This document shows positions 1 to 8,464 of a DNA stretch of 64,000 nt, one piece after another. Within the stretch, counting starts at the first letter, position 1, and each line of letters opens with the position of its first letter. Both the position numbers and the translations under genes were made by a program. The stretch is from Patescibacteria group bacterium (GTDB lineage: Bacteria > Patescibacteriota > WWE3 > UBA101185 > UBA10185). The notes under the pieces were generated by a model, which was not told where the DNA came from, made no database searches, and saw nothing but the letters and a program-made list of their open reading frames with translations. Location: the NCBI GenBank assembly GCA_026004595.1, contig BPJL01000002.1:1431-65430 (forward strand), read 5' to 3'.

Positions 1-91
1 GGTTGTATTTAAGAAATGCCAAGTAGCTTCCGGCAAAAGCGAATAAGAGTACTATGAGGATCGGTATTAGCTTTTTAAGATCTGTGGGCAT
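1..91 (-). CDS. 5' part of a membrane-anchored/secreted protein running off the window edge
   Basis: ATG at 91 reads MPTDLKKLIPILIVLLFAFAGSYLAFLKYN (N-terminal hydrophobic segment); TATAAT lies 11 nt upstream on the minus strand. Confidence 0.6.
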   Translation of the reverse strand, partial: MPTDLKKLIPILIVLLFAFAGSYLAFLKYN

Positions 92-206
92 TTTGTAGAA
101 TTATTATACACGAAGTTAGGGGTCGGTTTTTGGCTGGGGTTAGTAAAAGAACCGATTTATTGGTAAAATTTGTGGCGTAATTGTGAAGGAAGGTGAAGGA
201 AGCCGC

Positions 207-281
207 GGCCCCATCGTCTAGCGGTTAGGACAGTGGATTCTCATTCCACTAACCGGGGTTCGAGTCCCCGTGGGGTCACCA
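207..281 (+). tRNA. tRNA-Glu (anticodon CTC)
   Basis: Acceptor stem GGCCCCA/TGGGGTC, anticodon arm GTGGA-TT-CTC-AT-TCCAC, T-arm CGGGG-TTCGAGT-CCCCG, encoded CCA. Confidence 0.97.
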
Positions 282-310
282 GCGAAAGTTCGCAAAAACC
301 GCCGCCAAAA

Positions 311-875
311 TCAATCCGCCCCCTCATCCTTATCCTCCCTATCCTGCCGCATTTTTTCCTCCAAATCTATTTCATATAATTCGCGTTCTAACATCCAGTT
401 AGTTGCCTCTTTTTTAGGTTTTAGTGTTGTGATGGTAGAAGATGTATCTTTGAGCCACTCTTTATAAGTGTTTTCTCTGTGTTTCTGTATTTTTTCAAGA
501 TCCTTTTCAAATTGTTCCCTGATTCTATCTTCTTCAAATTTTCTAAGAGTTTCCGGAGGATTGCGCCTCATATCCTCATTAACTGCCCAATTTATAATCT
601 CTTCGTTTGATGGCGGGGGTATCCCTATTTCGGGATAAAGTTTCAACGGCTTCTCTAAGCAGCCGCGCTCTTATGGGATTTACTCTCAAGTGATGTTCGG
701 CAAAATACTTGTCAAAATAAGGGTTTTCTCCTTCGGGGGGAACTCTGAAGTCATCGGTATTTTTTCCCTTTTTTTCCTCCCCGCTATCTTTGGTTTCTTC
801 GGGCGGCGTATTTTTCTTTTCTCCCTCGTTTTCAAAGTCAAACAAGTTGTCTTGCAGCCATTTTTCTTCTGTCAT
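311..875 (-). CDS. Charged hypothetical protein, split by a probable indel near 645
   Basis: ORFs 579-875 and 311-646 overlap and join at ...REAVE/KLYPEIG...; start lies 1 nt after the upstream gene's stop. Confidence 0.5.
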
Positions 876-876
876 G

Positions 877-1782
877 TTACTGCTCTGTTTTCTTCCCGCG
901 AGCTCTTTTGATAATTTTTATGACCAGCCACGCTACTGCAACAATTGGTAAGTACACCGCAATCCAAATTCCCGCGGTCCCAATTTTTTGAAGCGTGGTA
1001 AGCATTGACCTAACTGCTTGCTTGAATATGACTTCAGGTCTCCAGGATTTCTGGGGCGTGTAAGGAAGAGCAAGCTCATCAGTTGAAATGTAGATCGTTA
1101 ATTTGCTGGTCTTGGTTGTCCCGTCCATGTATAGAAGCTGGCCTTTGTAGGAGTCTATTTGGTTTTGAACTTGGTCAATGGCATTTTGGACATCTAGCAT
1201 TTCTCTCACTGTTGTCGCTTTATCAAGTATTGCCATCATTCTTGCTCTTTGAGCTTCTAAATCGCCCAACCTTCTTTCTATGTCAATGTACTCATCTGTC
1301 ACGTCCCGGCCGTCAACGTTTTCAGAAACAACTTTCACGGAAATGGCGCGAAGGTATTGAGACATCTCATCCACTTTTTCTGAAGGAACTCTAATTGTGA
1401 GGACTGCGTTTTCTCCATATTCTGATCTGCTTATGTTTGTATTTACCACGTACCCTGCCACTTGCAGAGTTTTCTGTTTTATGGTTTCAACAGTTTCTGT
1501 TACGTTTTTGACGAGAAGTGAAAAGTTAGACTCCACAACAACTTTTCTATCGGTAACATCGGGTTGAGGAGCCGCCTTTCGTGCCGCGGGGTAGGAGTTG
1601 GAGAGTCCCGCAAGAGGAGTTACTCCTCGGTAGGAATCCATTTCCGAGTATTGCACTGCCGAACCCCCCAAAAATGTTCTGGGAAGATAAGCGAAAATTT
1701 TGCTTAAAAGAAAAACCGCGATCAAAATATTAAAAGTGAGAAGCTTGTGGGTTTTTACCCACGTAAATATTTTATTTACCAT
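877..1782 (-). CDS. DUF4349-type membrane protein
   Basis: N-terminal TM, LTIRVPSE, DVTDEYIDIERRL coiled coil, C-terminal TM plus basic tail. Confidence 0.8.
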   Translation of the reverse strand: MVNKIFTWVKTHKLLTFNILIAVFLLSKIFAYLPRTFLGGSAVQYSEMDSYRGVTPLAGLSNSYPAARKAAPQPDVTDRKVVVESNFSLLVKNVTETVETIKQKTLQVAGYVVNTNISRSEYGENAVLTIRVPSEKVDEMSQYLRAISVKVVSENVDGRDVTDEYIDIERRLGDLEAQRARMMAILDKATTVREMLDVQNAIDQVQNQIDSYKGQLLYMDGTTKTSKLTIYISTDELALPYTPQKSWRPEVIFKQAVRSMLTTLQKIGTAGIWIAVYLPIVAVAWLVIKIIKRARGKKTEQ

Positions 1783-1861
1783 GCGCTAATCTTCTTATGG
1801 GGGTGCTTTAATGTCAAGTTACAGGGATATTTTTGATGTTTTCAGTTTGCGCAAAAATATT

Positions 1862-2960
1862 TTACTCGCCGAAGGCTATAGATTTTACTATGTTTTCAAT
1901 CTCGGTTTTGTATTCGGGCGAACCTGTTTTAGTTCCTATCATAAGAATGAACGGTTCATTTTTGTATGTTGAGTAGACAAATGTGTATGTAACATCTTGC
2001 CAGCTGAATCCCGAAAGTTTTATCGCAGGCTTTCCTCTGAATTCGATTGTTTCCGGTTCAGCTCCCGATGGGTATCCCTTAGCTGCAAAGTAGTCATCAT
2101 CCATTTTGTTTCTTTCGTTTTCAACGAAGCTTTCAAAAGTTGTATTTCTGTCCAACCTGCCCACCACCCCAATGGTTACCCCGGTGCTAGGTTCTTCTTC
2201 AGGGCACATAGAAAGAAGTATTCTATATTCGCTGTCTGTGGGTGTGGGTATTGAGCATTTATTAATGTAGCTGGTCGGGTACTCAAATCTGACTCCCGTT
2301 TCTTTGTCTACGGCTGATTTTAGAAACTCTGTCACCTCAAACCTTTGCGGTAAAAGATTTATTGTTTTTTATGATTTCGTTTGTGGTTATCTCGTATTGC
2401 TGTCTGTACCCTATGTCGCCTTTGTAGTATCTTGATATTTCAAAATACTTTCCTCCAAAATCAATGTAATAGTTTCGGTAGAACCCATCGCAGTAATCGA
2501 TGGTGTAGTTCAGCGAGTCGTATTCACCCATTTTTCCCGTACCTACATTTGAGTAAGTGGCGTTTTCAGGGCAGTTTAGTTTCATTGCTTCGAGCCGAGT
2601 TGAAGCAAATTGAGAAAGATCTCTCGTCTTGGTGGAGAAGACCGTTATTGTTACTTTGTATCCTTGTATAAATTCTGCGGTGCTGTTTTTAGAGTACAAT
2701 ACTTCAACTTTTCCTTCGCCTTTTTCAGAGTTGAATGATTCTGTCAGTGTGGTGTTGGTGGGGTACTTAAATGAGATTTGAAGGGTGGTGTTTGAGTACT
2801 CCTTGTCTTCTTCGGGGGCGGCAACGGGTGTTGTTACAATCGGTTCGGCGGGGGTATTGACCACAAACCTTCTGCGATCTTCTATCATATGTTTTCTTAT
2901 CTTAAGGCCAAAAATGCTTCCAGCTATCAAGATTGCCAGTATAACAATGCCTATAGACAC
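1862..2960 (-). CDS. Membrane-anchored protein with two PsbP-like (xFxYP) domains, split by a homopolymer indel
   Basis: Removing one A from the A6 run (2365-2370) fuses ORFs 2337-2960 and 1862-2335 as IIKTINLLPQRFEVTEFL; both halves contain I/V-x-F-x-YP. Confidence 0.6.
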
Positions 2961-3097
2961 CTTCTTTATGAAATTCAGTTTGTGCTGAAAAAATTACTTT
3001 CTGTTTTTTCCTCTGGCGAGGAGCGCATCAAATTCTTGTGTTCCCACTTTTGTCATGATGAGTTAATGATACATTTCATTCATTGTCCTTGTAAATG

Positions 3098-3126
3098 TTG
3101 ACAAATGACTGAAATAAATATGTAAT
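3098..3126 (+). promoter_or_regulatory. sigma70-type promoter for the basic micropeptide
   Basis: TTGACA-N17-TGTAAT. Confidence 0.7.
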
Positions 3127-3224
3127 TAAAATACAAATGAATAGAAATAAATTTATTTCTGCCCAATAAAAAATTTTTCAGAGCACACTGTGGTGTGTGT
3201 TGTTTTTTTAGGAGGTGATTTTTA

Positions 3225-3323
3225 ATGCCAGTAAAGAAAAGAGCACGAAAGGTTGCAAAGAAAGTCGTTAAGAAAGCAAAGAAGACCGTTAAGAGACGAG
3301 CCAAGAGAAGAGCGAAGAAGTAA
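3225..3323 (+). CDS. 32-aa Lys/Arg-rich protamine/histone-H1-like peptide (not in the ORF track)
   Basis: AGGAGGTGA SD then ATG; MPVKKRARKVAKKVVKKAKKTVKRRAKRRAKK; tandem TAA TAA stops. Confidence 0.8.
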   Translation: MPVKKRARKVAKKVVKKAKKTVKRRAKRRAKK

Positions 3324-3387
3324 TAAAAGTATCTTTTGGCAGAGAGCTTTTTAAAGCTAACTGCCCTCACTTAACGATAATTCTTTT

Positions 3388-3422
3388 GAAGGTGGCTTCA
3401 TCATTAGAGGCCACTTTCTTTT
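3388..3422 (+). terminator. Intrinsic terminator, possibly bidirectional
   Basis: GAAGGTGGCTTC-N7-GAGGCCACTTTC followed by TTTT, between convergent genes. Confidence 0.7.
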
Positions 3423-3433
3423 ACGTAAAAAAA

Positions 3434-4034
3434 TCAGAGACCTAAAAGTTCGGAGTTTTTCTGCATCGCCGTGAGCGTTATTTTTACAAAGTCTTCTATG
3501 CCGATCCCAAGTTTTTCTTCGCATTGGTAAATTTGTTCTCTTTCGACTTGTCTGGCGAATTCTTTTTGCTTGAATTTTTTCAGCACGGAGTCAACCGAAA
3601 CATACGCCAGTTTTTTCTCAGGCATCACGAGAGCGACCGCCACTATAAAGCCTGTGAGTTCGTCACAGCATTCAAGTGTCCACTCAAGTTGAGTTTGGGG
3701 CTCCCGAAGTTTTGTAATTTTTGAGTTGTGGGATTTGAAAACGTTTAAAAGTTCGGGGATGAACATCGTAATTTTCCATCCACTCTAAAAGTTCAACCGT
3801 ATGTCTTGTTGGTTCATCTTTTGTTATTTCCCAGTCGGCGTCGTGAAGTATCCCTGCTGTTTCCCATTGTTCTTGCGTAAGTTCGGTTTTTAGAGTCCCG
3901 GATTCTTTGTAGTGTTCGTAGAATTCGGCGAGAACTTTTCCTACTGCGTAGCAGTGCCGCCTTAAGTTTTGATTTTTCATTTTTTCGTGAAGAAGGTTAA
4001 ACGCTTCACCCGTGTTTAATAATTTCTTGTCCAT
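3434..4034 (-). CDS. HD-domain metal-dependent phosphohydrolase, split by an indel near 3760
   Basis: NLRRHC, GILHDADWE and CCDELTGFI motifs across two overlapping ORFs. Confidence 0.75.
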
Positions 4035-4037
4035 AGG

Positions 4038-5540
4038 TTATTTGATCCCGTATATTTTTTTCGTTACCGAATCTAATTCGTGTTTAAGCTGGGGAAAAGG
4101 AACCCCCTCTCTTGCGGGGACATTTTCTAAAAACCAAAAAACTCTTTCAGAGTGTCCGTATCCTAAAGTCGGGGGCATTCCGTACTCAAGCATTTCTACA
4201 AAGTCAATATCCAAGAATTGAGCTTCGGTATCTCCGCTGTCTCTCAATGCTTGCTGTTCCTTAAACCTTTCGTATTGGTCAATGGGGTCGTTAAGCTCCG
4301 AAAATCCGTTCCCAAGCTCTCCTCCCGCGGCGATGGGATGAAACCTCATGGCTACTTCGGGATTGTTTGGATCAGATTTTGCCAGGGGCGACAAGAATTT
4401 TGGTTCATTTATCACAAAGGCAGGACCAGCGATGTCTTTTCTTGCAAGTTTCCAAAGGGCGTCAACGCCTCTTGAAAAATTCATGTGTTTATTTACTTCA
4501 ATGTGATTTTTTTCTAAAACTTTTTTGAGCTTTCCGAAATCATTATCAAAGATGTCAATGTCAAATCTTTTTTTCAGTATTTCTGAGTAGTCAATGATTT
4601 CCCACTCGTTTCCAAAGTCAACCTCAAATCCTTTCATGCTGAATTTTGTGGTTCCGTAAACTTTTGTTGTTACGTATCTGAAAAGGTCTTTGATAAATTT
4701 CATTCCGGCATTCCAGTCGGCGTACGCCCAATAAAATTCCATAGCAATATGTTCGGGAAGATGTTCGTCTGAAATCCCTTCGTTTCTGAAGCGGGGGCCT
4801 ATCTCGTAAACTTTTTCATATCCTCCGCCGATCAGGCGTTTAAGATAAAGCTCTTGGGATATCCTCAAGTAGAAATCTTGGTCTAGGACGTCCATGTGTG
4901 TGACAAAGGGGTTGGCGTCTGCTCCTCCGGGAGTTGTTTCCAAAACCGGAATGTTCATTTCAAGAAAACCGTGTTCTTTGAAGAAGTCTCGGTGGGCTTC
5001 CCAAAATTTGGACCTCCTGATAAATCTTTGGAAAACTTCGGGGTTAAGATTTGTGTCAATGTATCTGCGTCGCAGTCGCGTTTCTTTGTCTTTCAATCCG
5101 TCCCACGCGTCCGGAAGAGGCCTAAGGGATTTTGTGAGTATTCTGATTGAGGTAACTTCAACCGATATCTCTCCACTTTGAGTCTTGGTTAAAATGCCTT
5201 TTCCCTCGGCAAAATCTCCGTTGTCAAGAAGACCCAGATCGGCAAACCCTATTTCGCTGTTTTGGTAGTTGGGATTAAGAAGGGCGGCTTCCTTTATATA
5301 TAATTGTATTTTTCCGGTGGCGTCTTTGATATCTATAAAAGCTAATTTTCCATGTTTTCTGATTGAAATTATTCTTCCGGCGGCTGTTACCTCTTTTCCT
5401 TCAAGCTCTTCGTAATTTTCGTGAAAGGTAATGTTGGGATGCGACTTGTTTGATACGGCGGGGTATGGATCGATTCCAAGTTCTCTAAGTTTGTTGAGCT
5501 TGTCTATTCTTATTTGTCTTAATTCGGAGAGAGTCGCCAT
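4038..5540 (-). CDS. lysS: Lysine--tRNA ligase (class II)
   Basis: OB anticodon domain, YLRISQELYLKRL, FRNEG, EYGMPPT. Confidence 0.97.
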   Translation of the reverse strand: MATLSELRQIRIDKLNKLRELGIDPYPAVSNKSHPNITFHENYEELEGKEVTAAGRIISIRKHGKLAFIDIKDATGKIQLYIKEAALLNPNYQNSEIGFADLGLLDNGDFAEGKGILTKTQSGEISVEVTSIRILTKSLRPLPDAWDGLKDKETRLRRRYIDTNLNPEVFQRFIRRSKFWEAHRDFFKEHGFLEMNIPVLETTPGGADANPFVTHMDVLDQDFYLRISQELYLKRLIGGGYEKVYEIGPRFRNEGISDEHLPEHIAMEFYWAYADWNAGMKFIKDLFRYVTTKVYGTTKFSMKGFEVDFGNEWEIIDYSEILKKRFDIDIFDNDFGKLKKVLEKNHIEVNKHMNFSRGVDALWKLARKDIAGPAFVINEPKFLSPLAKSDPNNPEVAMRFHPIAAGGELGNGFSELNDPIDQYERFKEQQALRDSGDTEAQFLDIDFVEMLEYGMPPTLGYGHSERVFWFLENVPAREGVPFPQLKHELDSVTKKIYGIK

Positions 5541-5564
5541 TAACCTATTCAATCAGAAATGGCT

Positions 5565-6035
5565 TTAATAATCAATCTTGAGAATGGTGTAAATGAGTTT
5601 TCCCATCGGGGCTTCAACCTCTATTTTATCTCCGACTCTTTTGCCGCAAAGCGCGGAGCCGAGAGGTGATTCGTGAGATATTTTATTTTCCAAGGGATTG
5701 GCTTCGGGGGCTCCAACGATGTGGTATTCAACTTCTTCGCTGTCCATTCTTACTCTTACTTTAGCGCCCACCCCAATGACTTCTTTTGAGCCGTTGTCCT
5801 CGGATATCACAGCGTTTTTGAGAAATTCCTCAAGCTCCGTGATTCTTCCTTCAATGTATGACTGCTCCTGCCTGGCCGCGTCATATTCGGAGTTTTCGGA
5901 TATGTCGCCCATCTCACGGGCTTCTTTTATTCGTCTGGCAACTTCAGGCCTTTTGACATTTACAAGTTCTGACAGCTCGGCCTTTAGTTTTTCCAAACCC
6001 TCTTTTGTTACATATATAGTGTCTTTTTTATTCAT
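5565..6035 (-). CDS. greA: Transcription elongation factor GreA
   Basis: GDISENSEYDAA, ISHESPLGSAL. Confidence 0.97.
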   Translation of the reverse strand: MNKKDTIYVTKEGLEKLKAELSELVNVKRPEVARRIKEAREMGDISENSEYDAARQEQSYIEGRITELEEFLKNAVISEDNGSKEVIGVGAKVRVRMDSEEVEYHIVGAPEANPLENKISHESPLGSALCGKRVGDKIEVEAPMGKLIYTILKIDY

Positions 6036-6054
6036 ATGTTTCGTGAAGCCTTCT

Positions 6055-6088
6055 AAAAAAAAGTTCCCCACCTAGTTTTTTGGGGGAG
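6055..6088 (-). terminator. Terminator/attenuator in the greA leader
   Basis: Minus strand TCCCCCA-loop-TGGGGA followed by T8, between the promoter and the greA ATG. Confidence 0.55.
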
Positions 6089-6109
6089 ATAGCGCTTCGA
6101 ACGGAATAC

Positions 6110-6137
6110 ATTATACATAATTAGGTTGGGGTGTCAA
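6110..6137 (-). promoter_or_regulatory. greA-lysS promoter
   Basis: TTGACA-N16-TATAAT on the minus strand. Confidence 0.75.
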
Positions 6138-6200
6138 ATGGACAAGACTCTAGGTTATTGTTGTAGTTATGGGAAATAATGGCGGTTGAGGGGTGATATA

Positions 6201-8018
6201 ATGCAGGGAATGTCATTTGATTTTATACCAAAAAAAGAGTGGAATTTTGGGCTTTTATATGATAGGTACGATAAAAAAGCCCTAGAAGAGGAGCTGGAGG
6301 ACATAAAGAAGCGAAATCTGGAGTTTGCGGCGAAATGGCGGGATAGAAAAGATTATTTAGAAAATCCGGAAATATTGAAGCAGGCGCTGGATGAACTTGA
6401 GCAGATAGAGGCTACTATAGGAACCTCTGGAAAGCCCGGTTATTATTATTGGCTTAAGTACCAGCTTGATCAGCAGAATACCGAAATCAAGGCGGAGCTT
6501 GGAAAAATTGAGGATTTGGGAACTTACTTGGAGAATGAGCTTGAGTTTTTTAGACAGAATATTTCAAGAATCCCTGTAGAGAAACAGCAGATGTTTTTAG
6601 ATTATCCGGGCTTGGCAGAGTATAGGCACATGTTGGAAAGAATGTTTATCGCGGCAAAGTACTTGCTAAGCGAGCCCGAGGAAAAGATATTGAATTTGGT
6701 ATCAAAGACTGCTCACGGAAACTGGGTGGAGATGATTTCTGATTTTCTATCCAGAGAAGAAAGAAAAGTATTAAATGAGGATGGCTCGGAATCGGTAAAG
6801 AATTTTTCTGAAATTTTAGACACTATAAATAGTATAAATAAAAAGGTTCGGGATTCGGCGGCAGAAGCTTTGAATGACATTTTTGCCAAGGTAGCGCCTG
6901 TGGCGGAGTATGAGCTAAATTCGGTTTTGCATAATAAAAAGGTATCGGATGAGTTGAGGGGATTTAAGAGGCCTGATGAGTCAAGGCATGTTTCGGATGA
7001 TATTGACAGCGAGGTTGTTGACAGTTTGATTGAGGCAGTCAGTTCAAGGTTTGACATTTCCCAAAGATATTACAAGCTAAAGGCCAAACTGCTGGGCGTG
7101 GAAAAACTCCAATATCATGAGAGAAACGTGGATTTTCAAAAACCGGATGTGAAGTATGATTTTGAGAAATCGGCGGGGTTGATTTCCAAAGTGTTCGCGG
7201 GGCTGGACGAGGAGTTTAGGGGGATTTTTGAGAATTTCTTGAAAGAGGGTAGGATTGATGTCCACCCTAAAAAAGGAAAAGACTCGGGGGCTTTTTGCGT
7301 GCACATGGAGAAAGACCTGCCGGTTTTTGTGATGTTGAATCATACAGGAAGACTTAACGATGTGACGACATTGGCTCATGAGATGGGGCATGCGATTAAT
7401 TTTGAGCTGATGAAGAAGAAGCAGAACGCTTTGAATTGCGGAACTTTTACCTGCACGGCTGAAGTTGCAAGCACTTTCATGGAGGATTTTGTTTTGGATG
7501 AATTGGAAAAGGATGTTGATGACGAGGGAAGATTGGCGATTTTGATGGAAAGATTAAATGGTGATATATCGTCAATTCAGAGGCAGGTTGCATGCTACAA
7601 CTTTGAGAAGGATCTTCATACTATATATAGGAGTGAGGGGTATTTGTCTTTGGAGAAGATCGGCGGGTTATTTTTAAAGCATATGGGGGCTTATTTGGGT
7701 GAAGCGGTTGAGCTTTCAAAGGGTGCCGAAAACTGGTGGGTTTATTGGAGCCACATCCGAAGCTATTTTTATGTTTATTCTTACGCGTCGGGTGTAATGA
7801 TCTCAAAAAGTCTGAAAAAAATGGTTGAGGACGATTCGGCTTTTGTGAAAAAGGTAAAGAGGTTTTTGGAATTGGGGACTTCTGTATCTCCCAGGGATGC
7901 TTTTGGTGAGCTGGGGGTGGACATTGGGGAAAAGAGTTTTTGGATGAAGGGGCTTGAAGAGTTGGATAGGATGTTGAGTGAAGCCGAGGGGTTGGCGGGG
8001 AGGTTGGGGAGGGGTTGA
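6201..8018 (+). CDS. pepF: Oligoendopeptidase F (peptidase M3B)
   Basis: TLAHEMGH zinc motif, GKDSGAFC, AEVASTFME, SHIRSYFYVYSY; start may be 6201 or 6210. Confidence 0.92.
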   Translation: MQGMSFDFIPKKEWNFGLLYDRYDKKALEEELEDIKKRNLEFAAKWRDRKDYLENPEILKQALDELEQIEATIGTSGKPGYYYWLKYQLDQQNTEIKAELGKIEDLGTYLENELEFFRQNISRIPVEKQQMFLDYPGLAEYRHMLERMFIAAKYLLSEPEEKILNLVSKTAHGNWVEMISDFLSREERKVLNEDGSESVKNFSEILDTINSINKKVRDSAAEALNDIFAKVAPVAEYELNSVLHNKKVSDELRGFKRPDESRHVSDDIDSEVVDSLIEAVSSRFDISQRYYKLKAKLLGVEKLQYHERNVDFQKPDVKYDFEKSAGLISKVFAGLDEEFRGIFENFLKEGRIDVHPKKGKDSGAFCVHMEKDLPVFVMLNHTGRLNDVTTLAHEMGHAINFELMKKKQNALNCGTFTCTAEVASTFMEDFVLDELEKDVDDEGRLAILMERLNGDISSIQRQVACYNFEKDLHTIYRSEGYLSLEKIGGLFLKHMGAYLGEAVELSKGAENWWVYWSHIRSYFYVYSYASGVMISKSLKKMVEDDSAFVKKVKRFLELGTSVSPRDAFGELGVDIGEKSFWMKGLEELDRMLSEAEGLAGRLGRG

Positions 8019-8218
8019 GAATAGCTCACGCCGCACATTTTGTGAAGTATCCTATAGGAAAAAAAGCCACGACCTATAATTTATTTGACAATTAGATGAA
8101 TTATTAGTAAAAGGATATTAGGAATTTTGCCTATGCAGGCAAACTTCCCTGCCCCGATTGGCAGGCAAAATGCCACGAGAAAAATATACAGAAAATTGCA
8201 GAAAAATAGTTATGTGTT

Positions 8219-8245
8219 AAAAGCACGCTAGAGGCGTGTTTTTTT
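8219..8245 (+). terminator. Intrinsic terminator upstream of the riboswitch
   Basis: AAAAGCACGCT-AGA-GGCGTG followed by T7. Confidence 0.7.
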
Positions 8246-8327
8246 GTTGTAATTTTTTAGAGATTTTGGGATGGGGGGTAGCAAGAAGAGGGACAAGAAG
8301 TATTTGAAAATTTAATTAGTTAATTTT

Positions 8328-8398
8328 GAGAATGCAATGAAATCTGCTGCGCAACATGGTCGCTTGCGGCAGACGGAGCAAGTAGCGAAACCGGTCTC
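8328..8398 (+). ncRNA. c-di-GMP-II riboswitch aptamer
   Basis: P1 GAGA/TCTC; A; P2 TGC/GCA; kink-turn AAT-GAA/GGA; P3 TCTGCTGC/GCGGCAGA; loop TGG-TCGCT pseudoknots with AGCGA and CC of AGT-AGCGA-AA-CC-G, matching the class II layout. Confidence 0.88.
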
Positions 8399-8419
8399 TC
8401 TGTTGAGGTCGGTTTTTTT
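8388..8419 (+). terminator. Riboswitch expression platform terminator
   Basis: AAACCGGTCTC-TCTGTT-GAGGTCGGTTT, T7 run at 8413-8419; the 5' arm overlaps the aptamer 3' end. Confidence 0.85.
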
Positions 8420-8464
8420 ATCAGAAGAGTTCTGGCCAACTTTTCTGATGCACCGTAAAAAATT

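Noticed and set aside
282-3000. Integrated element at tRNA-Glu
   Set aside because: No integrase and no duplicated tRNA 3' end seen in the window
3080-3370. 96-aa minus-strand ORF and other antisense ORFs in the track
   Set aside because: Shadows of real genes; here the promoter, SD and terminator all support the plus-strand peptide
8135-8180. c-di-GMP-I (GEMM) riboswitch suggested by GGCAAAC...GCAAAA
   Set aside because: No GAAA tetraloop, receptor or P2 consensus visible
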